A stretch of 64,000 bases of DNA from Eledone cirrhosa (GCA_964016885.1 OZ024766.1:19344001-19408000); one strand, 5' to 3'. Shown: positions 13,549 through 28,943, counted from the stretch's first letter. Notes: generated by a model from the sequence alone, not told the origin. Made by a program: numbers and translations.

Positions 13549-16500
13549 CTGTGCTGGGTGTATTTAACTGTGGTACCACCACTACCACTTTACAGAGTGT
13601 ACTGGGTGTATTTAACTGTGGTACCACCACTACCACTTTACAGAGTGTACTGGGTGTATTTAACTGTGGTACCACCACTACCACTTTACAGAGTGTACTG
13701 GGTGTATTATATCATGACACCAACACTACTACTTTACAGAGTGTACTGGGTGTATTTAACTGTGGTACCAACACTACCACTTTACAGAGTGTACTGGATG
13801 TATTATATCATGACACCAACACTACCACTTTACAGAGTGTACTGGGTGTATTATATCATGACACCAACACTACCACTTTACAGAGTGTACTGGGTGTATT
13901 ATATCATGACACCAACACTACCACTTTACAGAGTGTACTGGGTGTATTATATCATGACACCAGCACTACCACTTTACAGAGTGTACTGGGTGTATTATAT
14001 CATGACACCAGCACTACCACTTTACAGAGTCTACTGGGTGTATTATATCATGACACCAACACTACCACTTTACAGAGTGTACTGGGTGTATTATATCATG
14101 ACACCAACACTACCACTTTACAGAGTGTACTGGGTGTATTATATCATGACACCAACACTACCACTTTACAGAGTGTACTGGGTGTATTACATCATGGCAC
14201 CAACACTACCACTTTACAGAGTCTACTGGGTGTATTATATCATGACACCAACACTACCACTTTACAGAGTGTACTGGGTGTATTTAACTGTGGTACCACC
14301 ACTACCACTTTACAGAGTGTACTGGGTGTATTATATCATGACACCAACACTACCACTTTACAGAGTGTACTGGGTGTATTACATCATGGCACCAACACTA
14401 CCACTTTACAGAGTCTACTGGGTGTATTATATCATGACACCAACACTACCACTTTACAGAGTGTACTGGGTGTATTACATCATGGCACCAACACTACCAC
14501 TTTACAGAGTCTACTGGGTGTATTATATCATGACACCAACACTACCACTTTACAGAGTGTACTGGGTGTATTATATCATGACACCACCACTACCACTTTA
14601 CAGAGTGTACTGGGTGTATTATATCATGACACCAACACTACCACTTTACAGAGTGTACTGGGTGTATTATATCATGACACCACCACTACCACTTTACAGA
14701 GTGTACTGGGTGTATTATATCATGTCACCAACACTACCACTTTACAGAGTGTACTAGGTGTATTATATCATGACACCACCACTACCACTTTACAGAGTGT
14801 ACTGGGTGTATTTTATCATGACACCAACACTACCACTTTACAGAGTGTACTGGGTGTATTATATCATGTCACCAACACTACCACTTTACAGAGTGTACTA
14901 GGTGTATTATATCATGACACCAGCACTACCACTTTACAGAGTGTACTGGGTGTATTATATCATGTCACCAACACTACCACTTTACAGAGTGTACTGGGTG
15001 TATTATATCATGTCACCAACACTACCACTTTACAGAGTGTACTAGGTGTATTATATCATGACACCACCACTACCACTTTACAGAGTGTACTGGGTGTATT
15101 TTATCATGACACCAACACTACCACTTTACAGAGTGTACTGGGTGTATTATATCATGTCACCAACACTACCACTTTACAGAGTGTACTAGGTGTATTATAT
15201 CATGACACCACCACTACCACTTTACAGAGTGTACTGGGTGTATTTTATCATGACACCAACACTACTACTTTACAGAGTGTACTGGGTGTATTTAACTGTG
15301 GTACCAACACTACCACTTTACAGAGTGTACTGGGTGTATTATATCATGACACCAACACTACCACTTTACAGAGTGTACTGGGTGTATTATATCATAACAC
15401 CAACATTACCACTTTACAGAGTGTACTGGGTGAATTATATCATGACACCAACACTACCACTGTACAGAGTGTACTGGGTGTATTTTATCATGACACCAAC
15501 ACTACCACTTTACAGAGTGTACTGGGTGAATTATATCATGACACCAACACTACCACTTTACAGAGTGTACTGGGTGTATTATATCATGACACCAACACTA
15601 CCACTTTACAGAGTGTACTGGGTGAATTATATCATGACACCAACACTACCACTGTACAGAGTGTACTGGGTGTATTTTATCATGACACCAACACTACCAC
15701 TTTACAGAGTGTACTGGGTGAATTATATCATGACACCAACACTACCACTTTACAGAGTGTACTGGGTCTATTTTATCATGACACCAACACTACCACTTTA
15801 CAGAGTGTACTAGGTGTATTATATCATGACACCACTACTACCACTTTACAGAGTGTACTGGGTGTATTATATCATGACACCAACACTACCACTTTACAGA
15901 GTGTACTGGGTGTATTATATCATGACACCAACACTACCACTTTACAGAGTGTACTGGGTGTATTATATCATAACACCAACATTACCACTTTACAGAGTGT
16001 ACTGGGTGTATTATATCATGACACCAACACTACCACTTTACAGAGTGTACTGGGTGTATTATATCATGACACCAACACTACCACTTTACAGAGTGTACTG
16101 GGTGTATTATATCATGACACCAACACTACCACTTTACAGAGTGTACTGGGTGTATTATATCATAACACCAACATTACCACTTTACAGAGTGTACTAGGTG
16201 TATTATATCATGACACCACCACTACCACTTTACAGAGTGTACTGGGTGTATTATATCATGACACCAACACTACCACTTTACAGAGTGTACTGGGTGTATT
16301 ATATCATAACACCAACACTACCACTTTACAGAGTGTACTAGGTGTATTATATCATGACACCACCACTACCACTTTACAGAGTGTACTGGGTGTATTATAT
16401 CATGACACCAACACTACCACTTTACAGAGTGTACTGGGTGTATTATATCATAACACCACCACTACCACTTTACAGAGTGTACTGGGTGTATTTAACTGTG

Positions 16501-17345
16501 GTAACACCACTACCACTTTACAGAGTGTACTAGGTGTATTATATCATGACACCAACACTACCACTTTACAGAGTGTACTGGGTGTATTATATCATAACAC
16601 CAACACTACCACTTTACAGAGTGTACTAGGTGTATTATATCATGACACCACCACTACCACTTTACAGAGTGTACTGGGTGTATTATATCATGACACCAAC
16701 ACTACCACTTTACAGAGTGTACTGGGTGTATTATATCATAACACCACCACTACCACTTTACAGAGTGTACTGGGTGTATTTAACTGTGGTAACACCACTA
16801 CCACTTTACAGAGTGTACTAGGTGTATTATATCATGACACCAACACTACCACTTTACAGAGTGTACTGGGTGTATTATATCATGACACCAACACTACCAC
16901 TTTACAGAGTGTACTGGGTATATTATATCGTGGCACCAACACTACCACTTTACAGAGTGTACTGGGTGTATTATATCATGACACCAACACTACCACTTTA
17001 CAGAGTGTACTGGGTGTATTATACCATGACACCAACACTACCACTTTACAGAGTGTACTGGGTGTATTATATCATGACACCAGCACTACCACTTTACAGA
17101 GTGTACTGGGTGTATTATACCATGACACCAACACTACCACTTTACAGAGTGTACTGGGTGTATTACATCATGACACCAGCACTACCAGTGTACTGGGTGT
17201 ATTTTATCATGTCACCAACACTACCACTTTACAGAGTGTACTGGGTGTATTTTATCATGGCACCAACACTACCACTTTACAGAGTGTACTGGGTGTGTTA
17301 TATCTTGACACCAACACTACCACTTTACAGAGTGTACTGGGTGCA
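13549..17345. repeat. 48-bp minisatellite (about 79 units) filling the first coding intron of the L1-family gene
   Basis: Unit ctttacagagtgtactgggtgtattatatcatgacaccaacactacca. Confidence 0.97.
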
Positions 17346-17370
17346 TAGATGAATAAAACTGTTCACTTAC

Positions 17371-17425
17371 CTGCATACACCGACCCAGCTGCAGCTAAGA
17401 GTATATATAAAGTTGTAATTTTCAT
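17371..17425 (-). CDS. L1CAM/neuroglian-family Ig cell-adhesion protein, coding exon 1 (signal peptide)
   Basis: ATG at 17425 gives MKITTLYILLAAAGSVYA+G, followed by a gtaagt donor (acttac 17365-17370). An upstream acceptor tttttcag puts the exon start at 17472, implying a non-coding exon further upstream. Confidence 0.85.
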
Positions 17426-18359
17426 TCTCTTTTCAGTTTTAATTGTCTCGCCTGAGGTTTAGTTGGATAAATCTGAAAAAATATAAAAAGTACTTGATAG
17501 CTTCTGCTACCTTCGTAGGCAGTAAATTGCCAGAGACAAAGTCAGATAAAATCATCATCATCATCATCAGGTTTAGCGTCCGTGTTCCACGCTTGCATGG
17601 GTTTGGGCGGGGGTTTTCCCACTTGAGGCAAGAGTGGTTGTCTTGCTCGCATAGGACTGTCTGGCGGGTTTTCTACAGCTGGATGCCCTTCCTAACACCA
17701 ACCACATTTACAGTGTGGGGCTGGGAGGTTTTTACCGTGTTGCCTACACGGCCACATTTACAGCGTGGACTGTCTGGCGGGTTTTCTACAGCTGGATGCC
17801 CTTCCTAACACCAACCACATTTACAGTGTGGGACTGGGAGGTTTTTACCGTGTTGCCTACACGGCCACATTTACAGCGTGGACTGTCTGGCGGGTTTTCT
17901 ACAGCTGGATGCCCTTCCTAACACCAACCACATTTACAGTGTGGGACTGGGAGGTTTTTACCGTGTTGCCTACACGGCCACATTACAGCGTGGACTGTCT
18001 GGCGGGTTTTCTACAGCTGGATGCCCTTCCTAACACCAACCACATTTACAGTGTGGGGCTGGGAGGTTTTTACCGTGTTACCTACACGGCCACATTTACA
18101 GCGTGAACTGTGTGTTTTTTTGTCGTGACACCTACACGATAAAATGCTTTATAGTATTCAGCCCAGCACTCTGCTCCATTCTTGCCATTCACCCTTTCGA
18201 GGTTGAAAAAAAATACCAGTGATGTACTGGGTAGATTCTTTCTCTATATCTCTTTCTCATTTCCTCTCTATCTTTTAACCCTTTAGCATTTAAAACATCC
18301 ATAACCGGTCAGAATTATCACACCTCTTTCTGTCCTTGTAAGTAGACGAGAAAACAGAA

Positions 18360-19200
18360 CCCAGATCCCCTCAGGGAAATGGCCTTGCTCAGTATGTAGG
18401 AAAGGTGTAGGTAGGAACTCCATCCTCTGCCCCAAATGCAACTAATAGGTACACAAGAGATGTAGTGGGACCTTAGGAAGCTTAGCTAAGAATGTAGGCT
18501 TCACATGCAGCAGCTGTGCTGGGACAGCAAGCAGCAAACAGCCACAGGAAACAAGTACCACCAATCTCTGGGAGGGCTCTGTAGAAACAGTAGACAGCTT
18601 CTGCTACCTAGGTGACCGAATTAGCAGCAAAGGTGGGTGTTTAGAAAGTACAATAACTAGGGTAAGAACGGGATGGAAGAAGTTTAGGGAACTACTGCCA
18701 CTGCTAGCTGCAAAAGGCTTCTCCCTCAGAATGAAAGGCAGACTGTATGATGCGTGTATCCGAACAGCAATGTTGCATGGTAGTGAGACCTGGGCGCTGA
18801 AGGTGGAAGACTTACGTAGATTAGAGAGAAACGAAGCCTGCATGCCCCGATGGATGTGTAACAGTAATATACATGAACGGCAAAGCATAAATGAATTGAG
18901 AGAGAGACTGAGCATAAGAGGAATCAAATGCTGTGCGCAGGAGAGGCGGTTGCGTTGGTATGGACATGTGATGCGTATGAAGGATGACAGCTGCATAAAA
19001 AGGTGCAGAGCACTAGAAGTCGATAGAAACCGCGGAGTGGGGGGACCCAAGATGACCTGGGATGGTGATAAAAGCTGACCTTTCCCAATTAAACCTCTCA
19101 AAGGCGATGACACACGACCGTGACCTCTGGCGTCACGCAGTAATACAGAGTACCCGACCTCCCATGGGTACAAGCTGAAGCATATAGACAATATGCCTCC
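18360..19200 (+). mobile_element. RTE-clade LINE, degraded 3' coding fragment
   Basis: VDSFCYLGD...GWKKFRELLPLL...KGRLYDACIRTAMLHGSETW...ERRLRWYGHVMRM. Confidence 0.85.
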
Positions 19201-19207
19201 ACCCCCT

Positions 19208-20272
19208 CCCACTGTAAAGTGGTCGTGGAGGTGCCACGGCAAAAAAGCACCCAGCCCACACCGTAAAGTGGTCATGGAGGTGCCACGGTAAGAAAGCACC
19301 CAGCACTCACTGTAAAGTGGTCGTGTAGGTGCCATGGCAAAAAAGCACCCAGCACTCACTGTAAAGTGGTCGTGGAGGTGCCACAGCAAAAAAAGCACCC
19401 AGCCCTCACTATAAAGTGGTCGTGGAGGTGCCACGGCAAAAAAGCACCCAGCACTCACTGTAAAGTGGTCGTGGAGGTTCCACGGCAAAAAAGCACCCAG
19501 CACTCACTGTAAAGTGGTCATGGAGGTGCCACGGTAAGAAAGCACCCAGCACTCACTGTAAAGTGGTCGTGGAGGTGCCACGGCAAAAAAGCACCCAGCA
19601 CTCACTGTAAAGTGGTCGTGGAGGTGCCACAGCAAAAAAGCACCCAGCACTCACTGTAAAGTGGTCGTGGAGGTGCCACGGCAAAAAAGCACCCAGCACT
19701 CACTGTAAAGTGGTCGTGGAGGTGCCACAGCAAAAAAGCACCCAGCACTCACTGTAAAGTGGTCGTGGAGGTGCCACGGCAAAAAAGCACCCAGCACTCA
19801 CTGTAAAGTGGTCGTGGAGGTGCCACAGCAAAAAAGCACCCAGCACTCACTGTAAAGTGGTCGTGGAGGTGCCACGGCAAAAAAGCACCCAGCACTCACT
19901 GTAAAGTGGTCGTGGAGGTGCCACGGCAAAAAAGCACCCAGCACTCACTGTAAAGTGGTCGTGGAGGTGCCACAGCAAAAAAACACCCAGCCCACACTGT
20001 AAAGTGGTCATGGAGGGGCCACAGCAAAAAAGCACCCAGCCCACACTGTAAAGTGGTCATGGAGGGGCCACAGCAAAAAAGCACCCAGCACTCACTGTAA
20101 ATGAGGTTGGTGTTAGGAAGGGCATCCAGCTGTAGAAATCAAGCCAAATCAGTTCCTGTATGAGCAAGACAAGGTCAGCCAACCGGACACTGCCCACAAC
20201 AGGACAACCCGTCTAACCCATGCTAGCGAGGAAGAACGGACGGAAAACGGTGATGATGATGATGATGATGAT
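19208..20272 (+). mobile_element. Headless 49-bp VNTR array with an alternative tail; a second copy lies at about 27570-28235
   Basis: Same 49-bp unit as family A, but the tail is cctgtatgagcaagac...ctaacccatgctagcg..(gat)n. Confidence 0.75.
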
Positions 20273-20384
20273 TGCATGTACATGTAATCAAAGTGTATAT
20301 ACATATTTTGAGGACACCCTGTATATATAACTTTAAATATACGCACCTAGAAAATTTAACAGGTGTATAATCATTTTATAAGAG

Positions 20385-20395
20385 CTCTCTCTCTC

Positions 20396-20426
<31 letters not shown>

Positions 20427-20977
20427 GGAGGGAGAGAGAGAGCTCTTATAAAATGATTATACACGTGTGTATATATATATATATATATATATAAATATAT
20501 ATAAATATACACACATATATATACACATATATATATATACACAAATATATATACATTCACACACAAATATATATATATATACACACACACACATATATAT
20601 ATATACACAAATATATATATATATACATTCACACACAAATATATATATATATACACACACACATATATATATATATATACACACAAATATATATATATAT
20701 ACACACAAATATATATACATTCACACACAAATATATATATATATACACACATATATATACATTCACACACAAATATATATATATATATACACACAAATAT
20801 ATATATATACACACACACACAAATATATATATATATATATATACATTCACACACAAATATACATACACACACAAATATATATACATTCACACACAAATAT
20901 ATATATATATACACACACACACACGCATAATATATAATTTTAAAAACTTTTTACACACCTGTTAAGCTAATTTCTAG

Positions 20978-21035
<58 letters not shown>

Positions 21036-21107
21036 GTAATAAACGAAATATATATACTTTATATCTCTATTTATTTCATTATATATATTTCGAAAACGTA
21101 AAGTATG

Positions 21108-21140
<33 letters not shown>

Positions 21141-21290
21141 AGAGGTACAGACTATATAATTTTAAAAACTTTTTGTTTAAGACACCTGTTAAAATATATA
21201 CATATATACATTATATTTATATATATATATATATACATTATATTTATATATATATATATATACATTATATTTATATATATATATACATTA

Positions 21291-21337
<47 letters not shown>

Positions 21338-21760
21338 TATATATATACATTATATATAATTATATATATATATATATAATGTATATATATATATATATAT
21401 ACACAGGTATATATATATATAGATATACATGCATACATACATATATATATACAGATATTCGTATGTATGTATATATATATATATATATATATATTCAGAG
21501 ATATTTGTATGTATATATATATATATACACACAGGTATATATATATACATACATATATATACAGATATTCGTATGTATATATATATATAGAGAGAGAGAG
21601 ATATTTGTATGTATACATATATATATACAGAGATATTTGTGTATATATATATATATATATACACAGGTATATATATATACATACATACATACATACATAT
21701 ATGTATGTATGTATATATATATATATACACAGGTATATACACACAGGTATATATATATAC

Positions 21761-21803
<43 letters not shown>

Positions 21804-21805
21804 AA
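20385..21805. repeat. Compound (TA)/(CA) microsatellite; similar tracts at 25755-26740, 28500-29290, 42180-42655 and 56450-56592
   Basis: Read directly from the sequence. Confidence 0.93.
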
Positions 21806-22107
21806 CAAATGGTATATGTGGTCAAAGAGAAGATTTGGGACAAGGGCAGGTATTTAAAATGGCGGTTATTATTGATTGAGGTGCCCCAATTAACTTACCT
21901 GTCCGACATTTCCTGGCATTAACTAAAGTATAATACAGGTGTGCCTGAATTACTGGCAGGTGAGGTGGTGAAAGAGGGGCAGACAGTTGTACTGGGGGAG
22001 AAGGGAGAGTATAGTTTTACGCTGCTTTATCTGTTTCGTCATAGCTCTTCCTCCCACCCCAGTACAACTATACATTAAACTTTTCCCGCTCTCTCCCTTC
22101 CCCCCCC

Positions 22108-24397
22108 CTCTCTCTCGTCTGACTATTTACCTCTCTCTCGTCTGACTATTTACCTCTCTCTCTCTCTCTCTCTCGCCCCTCTCGTGTGACTATTTACCTC
22201 TCTCTCTCTCTTTCTCGCCCCCTCTCTCGTGTGACTATTTACCTCTCTCTCTTTCTCGCCCTCCTCTCGTGTGACTATTTACCTCTCTCTCTCTCTCTCT
22301 CTCTCTCTCCCCCCTCTCGTGTGACTATTTACCTCTCTCTCTCTCTCTCTCCCCTCTCGTGTGACTATTTACCTCTCTCTCTTTCTCGCCCCCTCTCTCG
22401 TGTGACTATTTACCTCTCTCTCTCTCTCTCTCTCCCCCCTCTCGTGTGACTATTTACCTCTCTCTCCCTCCCCCCTCTCGTGTGACTATTTACCTCTCTC
22501 TCCCCCCCTCTCGTGTGACTATTTACCTCTCTCTCTCTCTCGTGTGACTATTTACCTCTCTCTCTCTCTCCTCCCCCCCTCTCGTGTGACTATTTACCTC
22601 TCTCTCTCTCTCTCTCTCCCCTCTCGTGTGACTATTTACCTCTCTCTCTTTCTCCCCCCCCTCTCGTGTGACTATTTACCTCTCTCTCTTTCTCTCTCCC
22701 CCCTCTCGTGTGACTATTTACCTCTTTCCCCCCCCCCTCTCGTGTGACTATTTACCTCTCTCTCTCTCTCTCTCCCCCCTCTCGTGTGACTATTTACCTC
22801 TCTCTCTCTCTCCCCCCTCTCGTGTGACTATTTACCTCTCTCTCTCTCTTCCCCCTCTCGTGTGACTATTTACCTCTCTCTCTCTCCCCCCCCTCTCGTG
22901 TGACTATTTACCTCTCTCTCTCTCTCGTGTGACTATTTACCTCTCTCTCTCTCTCTCCCCCCTCTCGTGTGACTATTTACCTCTCTCTCTCTCTCCCCCC
23001 TCTCGTGTGACTATTTACCTCTCTCTCTCTCTCCCCTCTCGTGTGACTATTTACCTCTCTCTCTCTCTCTCCCCCCTCTCGTGTGACTATTTACCTCTCT
23101 CTCTCTCTCTCTCTCCCCCCTCTCGTGTGACTATTTACCTCTCTCTCTCTCTCCCCCCTCTCGTGTGACTATTTACCTCTCTCTCTCTCTCTCCCCCCTC
23201 TCGTGTGACTATTTACCTCTCTCTCTCCCCCCCCTCTCGTGTGACTTTTTACCTCTCTCTCTTTCTCCCCCCCCCCCTCTCGTGTGACTATTTACCTCTC
23301 TCTCTCTCTCCCCTCTCGTGTGACTATTTACCTCTCTCTCTCTCTCTCTCCCCCCTCTCGTGTGACTATTTACCTCTCTCTCTCTCTCTCTCCCCTCTCG
23401 TGTGACTATTTACCTCTCTCTCTCTCTCCCCCCTCTCGTATGACTATTTACCTCTCTATCTCTCTCTCTCCCCCCTCTCGTGTGACTATTTACCTCTCTC
23501 TCTCTCGCCCCTCTCGTGTGACTATTTACCTCTCTCTCTCTCTCTCCCCCCTCTCTCGTGTGACTATTTACCTCTCTCTCTCCCCCCTCTCGTGTGACTA
23601 TTTACCTCTCTCTCTCTCTCTCCCCCCCTCTCGTGTGACTATTTACCTCTCTCTCTCTCTCCCCCCTCTCGTGTGACTATTTACCTCTCTCTCTCTCTCT
23701 CTCCCCCCCCTCTCGTGTGACTATTTACCTCTCTCTCTCTCTCTCTCCCCCCTCTCGTGTGACTATTTACCTCTCTCTCTCTCCCCCCTCTCTCGTGTGA
23801 CTATTTACCTCTCTCTCTCCCCCCTCTCGTGTGACTATTTACCTCTCCCTCTCTCTCTCTCCCCTCTCGTGTGACTATTTACCTCTCTCTCTCTCTCTCT
23901 CCCCCCTCCCGTGTGACTATTTACCTCTCTCTCTCTCTCTCTCTCCCCCCTCTCGTGTGACTATTTACCTCTCTCTCTCTCTCCCCCCCCTCTCGTGTGA
24001 CTATTTACCTCTCTCTCTCTCTCTCTCTCCCCCCTCTCGTGTGACTATTTACCTCTCTCTCTCTCTCTCCCCTCTCGTGTGACTATTTACCTCTCTCTCT
24101 CTCTCCCCCTCTCGTTTGACTATTTACCTCTCTCTCTCTCTCTCCCCTCTCGTATGACTATTTACCTCTCTCTCTCTCCCCCCTCTCGTATGACTATTTA
24201 CCTCTCTCTCTCTCCCCCCTCTCGTATGACTATTTACCTCTCCCTCTCTCCCTAACCCTAACCCTAACCCTAACCCTTTCCCCCCTCTCGTATGACTATT
24301 TACCTCTCCCTCTCTCTCTTTTGTTCCTCCCACTCCAGTACAACTATACATTAACCCTCCCCCCCCCCTCTCGTATGACTATTTACCTCTCTCTCTC
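22108..24397. repeat. Minisatellite with a fixed core ctcgtgtgactatttacct and variable (CT)n(C)n linkers, about 55-60 units
   Basis: Read directly; includes (CTAACC)4 at about 24252-24276. Confidence 0.95.
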
Positions 24398-24754
24398 TTT
24401 TATTCCTCCCACTCCAGTACAACTATGTTATTCTCTCTACCCTCCCTCCCGTCTCTCTCTCTTCTACTCCCCTATAACTGTTTATTTCCCACTCCCTGTA
24501 TATTTATTTACTAACTTCCCCTCTCTGAAGCATCATATATCATCTGCCAGTATCGGTAGAGGGTCGGACGCCACGCTTTGACGTATAGAGTTACGTCCCT
24601 TTACGATCTGAGTTCAAATCCCGCCGAGGTTGACTTTGCCTTTCATCCTTACGGGGTCGATAAAATAAAAGTACCAGTAATACACTGGGTAATTGCTGGC
24701 CTTGTGCCTAACGTAGAGACAATTATATTTCATCTGCCTGTAGATTGTCTCTGT

Positions 24755-25675
24755 TGGGTGCTGTTTGTTGTGTCACCTACATGACCACTTTACAGTGTGG
24801 ACTGGGTGCTGTTTGTTGTGACACCTACATGACCACTTTACAGTGTGGACTGGGTGCTTTTTGTTGTGACACCTACATGACCACTTTACAGTGTGGACTG
24901 GGTACTTTTTGTTGTGACACCTACATGACCACTTTACAGTGTGGACTGGGTACTTTTTGTTGTAACACCTACATGACCACTTTACAGTGTGGACTGGGTA
25001 CTTTTTGTTGTGACACCTACATGACCACTTTACAGTGTGGACTGGGTACTTTTTGTTGTGACACCTACATGACCACTTTACAGTGTGGACTGGGTGGTGT
25101 TTGTCGTGACACCTACATGACCACTTTACAGTGTGGACTGGGTACTTTTTGTCGTGACACCTACATGACCACTTTACAGTGTGGACTGGGTGCTATTTGT
25201 CGTGTCACCTACATGACCACTTTACAGTGTGGACTGGGTACTTTTTGTTGTGACACATACATGAGCACTTTACAGTGTGGACTGGGTGCTGTTTGTCATG
25301 ACACCTCCATGACCACTTTACAGAGTGGACTGGGTGCTTTTTGTTGTGACACTTACATGACAACTTTATTTGTGGACTGGGTACTTTTTGTTGTGACACC
25401 TACATGACCACTTTACAGTGTGGACTGGGTACCTTTTGTTGTGACACCTACATGACCACTTTACAGTGTGGACTGGGTACTTTTTGTTGTGACACCTACA
25501 TGACCACTTTACAGTGTGGACTGGGTACCTTTACACCTACATGACCACTTTACAGTGTGGACTGGGTACTTTTTGTTGTGACACCTACATGACCACTTTA
25601 CAGTGTGGACTGGGCGCTGTTTGTCATGACACCTACATGACCACTTTACAGAGTGGACTGGGTACTTTTTGCTGT
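24755..25675. repeat. 48-bp minisatellite, variant B
   Basis: Unit cactttacagtgtggactgggtactttttgttgtgacacctacatgac. Confidence 0.93.
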
Positions 25676-25841
25676 GCCTTAGAGGTAATTAGTAAAACAA
25701 TCAAGACATAAAATATAATGATTTTATTCAGAATTTCATTTTAATAAATATGTCTATGTATATATATATATATATGTGTGTGGTGTATGTATGTTTGGTG
25801 TATATGTATACATGTATGTGTATATATATGTATGTATGGTG

Positions 25842-25875
<34 letters not shown>

Positions 25876-26197
25876 GTGTATGTATATTTGGTGTATATGT
25901 ATACATGTATGTGTATATATATGTATGTATGGTGTGTATATATATATATATATATGTGTGTGGTGTATGTATGTTTGGTGTATATGTATACATGTATGTG
26001 TATATATATGTATGTATGGTGTGTATATATATATATATATATGTGTGTGGTGTATGTATGTTTGGTGTATATGTATACATGTATGTGTATATATATGTAT
26101 GTATGGTGTATATATATATATATATATATGTGTGTGGTGTATGTATGTTTGGTGTATATGTATACATGTATGTGTATATATATGTATGTATGGTGTG

Positions 26198-26229
<32 letters not shown>

Positions 26230-26369
26230 GTGTATGTATATTTGGTGTATATGTATACATGTATGTGTATATATATGTATGTATGGTGTATATATATATA
26301 TGTGTGTGGTGTATGTATGTTTGGTGTATATGTATACATGTATGTGTATATATATGTATGTATGGTGTG

Positions 26370-26401
<32 letters not shown>

Positions 26402-26543
26402 GTGTATGTATGTTTGGTGTATATGTATACATGTATGTGTATATATATATGTATGTATGGTGTGTATATATATATATATATGTGTGTGGTGTATGTATGT
26501 TTGGTGTATATGTATACATGTATATATATGTATGTATGGTGTG

Positions 26544-26575
<32 letters not shown>

Positions 26576-26632
26576 GTGTATGTATATTTGGTGTATATGT
26601 ATACATGTATGTGTATATATATGTATGTATGG

Positions 26633-26664
<32 letters not shown>

Positions 26665-26696
26665 GTGTATGTATGTTTGGTGTATATGTATACATG

Positions 26697-26739
<43 letters not shown>

Positions 26740-28943
26740 AAAAGGTAAACCGAAATAACACAAATGGTACAGTATATGGAAGATATATATATATATCATC
26801 ATCATCATCATCATCATCATTTAACGTCTATCTCCCACGCTAGCATGGGTCAGACAAGTTTATCCCGGTGACCGTGTGTCCCTCATATAGAACTCTTTCT
26901 GGCTGGTTTTCTATGGCTGGCTGCCCTTTCTAACACCAATAAATTAGGGCTGTGTACCAGATCCACTAATGCCCTAGAGCCCTGTAGTTATAATGTACGG
27001 CACTGTCGTTCAATATGTGGATAGATTAACTGTGACACTAGAACCCCTCTCAGAAAATATTACTTAAACACCTCTCTCCATATTATTTACTCACCTCAAT
27101 CCGAATTATCACCTGAAAAGAATTTTTTAAATTCTTTTTTTAATTCCTTTTTTAGTTCTTTAATTTCTAATTATTAATTTCTTAATTGTTTAATTTATAA
27201 TTTCTGATATTTGATTTAGGATTTTAATTTTTATTTCCAACTCTCACACTGAACTTACAACGTAAAACCATGATACCTAGAATAAGTTTATTTTCCCTAA
27301 TAAGGTGATGGTCAGTCGTACCGTCAACACTTAGTGAGGGGTAGTGTTATGACCTGTAAAAACTAACACTCTCCCATCCCCTCTGGCTCTTGGCTGACTG
27401 CCACAGCCGTGATGGGTAGCAGTAAAATATGGTACAGGCATTGGTGGGCCATTGTTTGGGATGACGGGGTGAACTGACTAAGCAAATTTCGTTGAAGTCT
27501 GCGGTGGAGAATGGTCAACTTCCTTCGGACATGCGCTTGCGCAGGCCGGTGGGGGTGAATTGGTACCCACAAGTGGTCGTGGAGGTGCCACAGCAAAAAA
27601 GCACCCAGCACACACTGTAAAGTGGATGTAGAGGTGCCACAGCAAAAAAGCACCCAGCACTCACTGTAAAGTGGACGTGGAGGTGCCACAGCAAAAAAGC
27701 ACCGAGCACTCACTGTAAAGTGGACGTGGAGGTGCCACAGCAAAGAAAGCACCCAGCACTCACTGTAAAGTGGTCGTGGAGGTGCCACAGCAAAAAAGCA
27801 CCCACCACTCACTGTAAAGTGGTCATAGAGGTGCCACAGCAAAAAAGCACCCAGCACTCACTGTAAAGTAGTCGTGGAGGTGCAACAGCAAAAAAGCACC
27901 CAGCACTCACTGTAAAGTGGATGTAGAGGTGCCACGGAAAAAAGCACCCAGCACTCACTGTAAAGTAGTCGTGGAGGTGCAACAGCAAAAAAGCACCCAG
28001 CACTCACTGTAAAGTGGTCGTGGAGGCGCCACGGCAAAAAAGCACCCAGCACTCACTGTAAATGAGGTTGGTGTTGGGAAGGGCATCCAGCTGTAGAAAT
28101 CAAGCCAAAATCAGTTCCTGTATGAGCAAGACAAGGTCAGCCGACCAGACACTGCCCACAAACAGGACAACCCGTCTAACCCATGCTAGCGTGGAAGAAC
28201 GGACATATAACGGTGATGCCGATGATGATGATGACAAGATATATATATATATAGAGAGAGAGATAGAATTGTATGTCTGTATGTAAGAGTGTATCGGTGT
28301 GTAAAAGGGTGGAACGGAGATGGTGAAACAACTACACTCTGTGTGAGTGTGTACTTATATATATATATTATTTAACTCTGTCATTGGTTTCAGCCACCAG
28401 GGGGCTATCAAGAGCTTTTGGTCGATCATTCTGAAAACGGTATTTATTAACTTTAACAATCTCTTCTTGGGAGACTGTTAAGTCCTGAGAGGGACATACA
28501 TATTCATATTTGTGTTTTTGTGCATAGTTATTTTTATATACATATTTTTGTGTGTGTGTGTATATATGTACGTATATATATATGTGTGTGTGTGTGTGTG
28601 CGTGTGTGTGTGTGTGTGTGTGCGCGTATGCATAATTATATTATTTTTATATACATATTTGTGTGTGTATATATATATGTGTATATATAAATATATATAC
28701 ATATATACATATATATATATAAATATATATACATATATATATATATAAATATATATATATATATGTGTGTGTGTGTGGTGTGTATGCATAATTATTTTTA
28801 TATACATATTTGTGTGCTTAAGTGTGTATATATATATATATATATACACATATATATATATATATACACATATATATATTTATATATGTATATATACATA
28901 TATGTATATATATATATGTATATATTTATATATACACATATAC

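Noticed and set aside
13551-17348. 1265-aa ORF of LQSVLGVLYHDTNTTT repeats
   Set aside because: A 48-bp (16-codon) stop-free minisatellite related to the SINE VNTR, antisense inside an intron, with a non-ATG start and no unique domain.
24252-24276. (TTAGGG)4 as a telomere or fusion scar
   Set aside because: Only four units embedded in a minisatellite; too short to support the claim.
22108-24397. CRISPR-like appearance (constant core with variable spacers)
   Set aside because: The spacers are only (CT)n(C)n length variants, there are no cas genes, and the context is eukaryotic.
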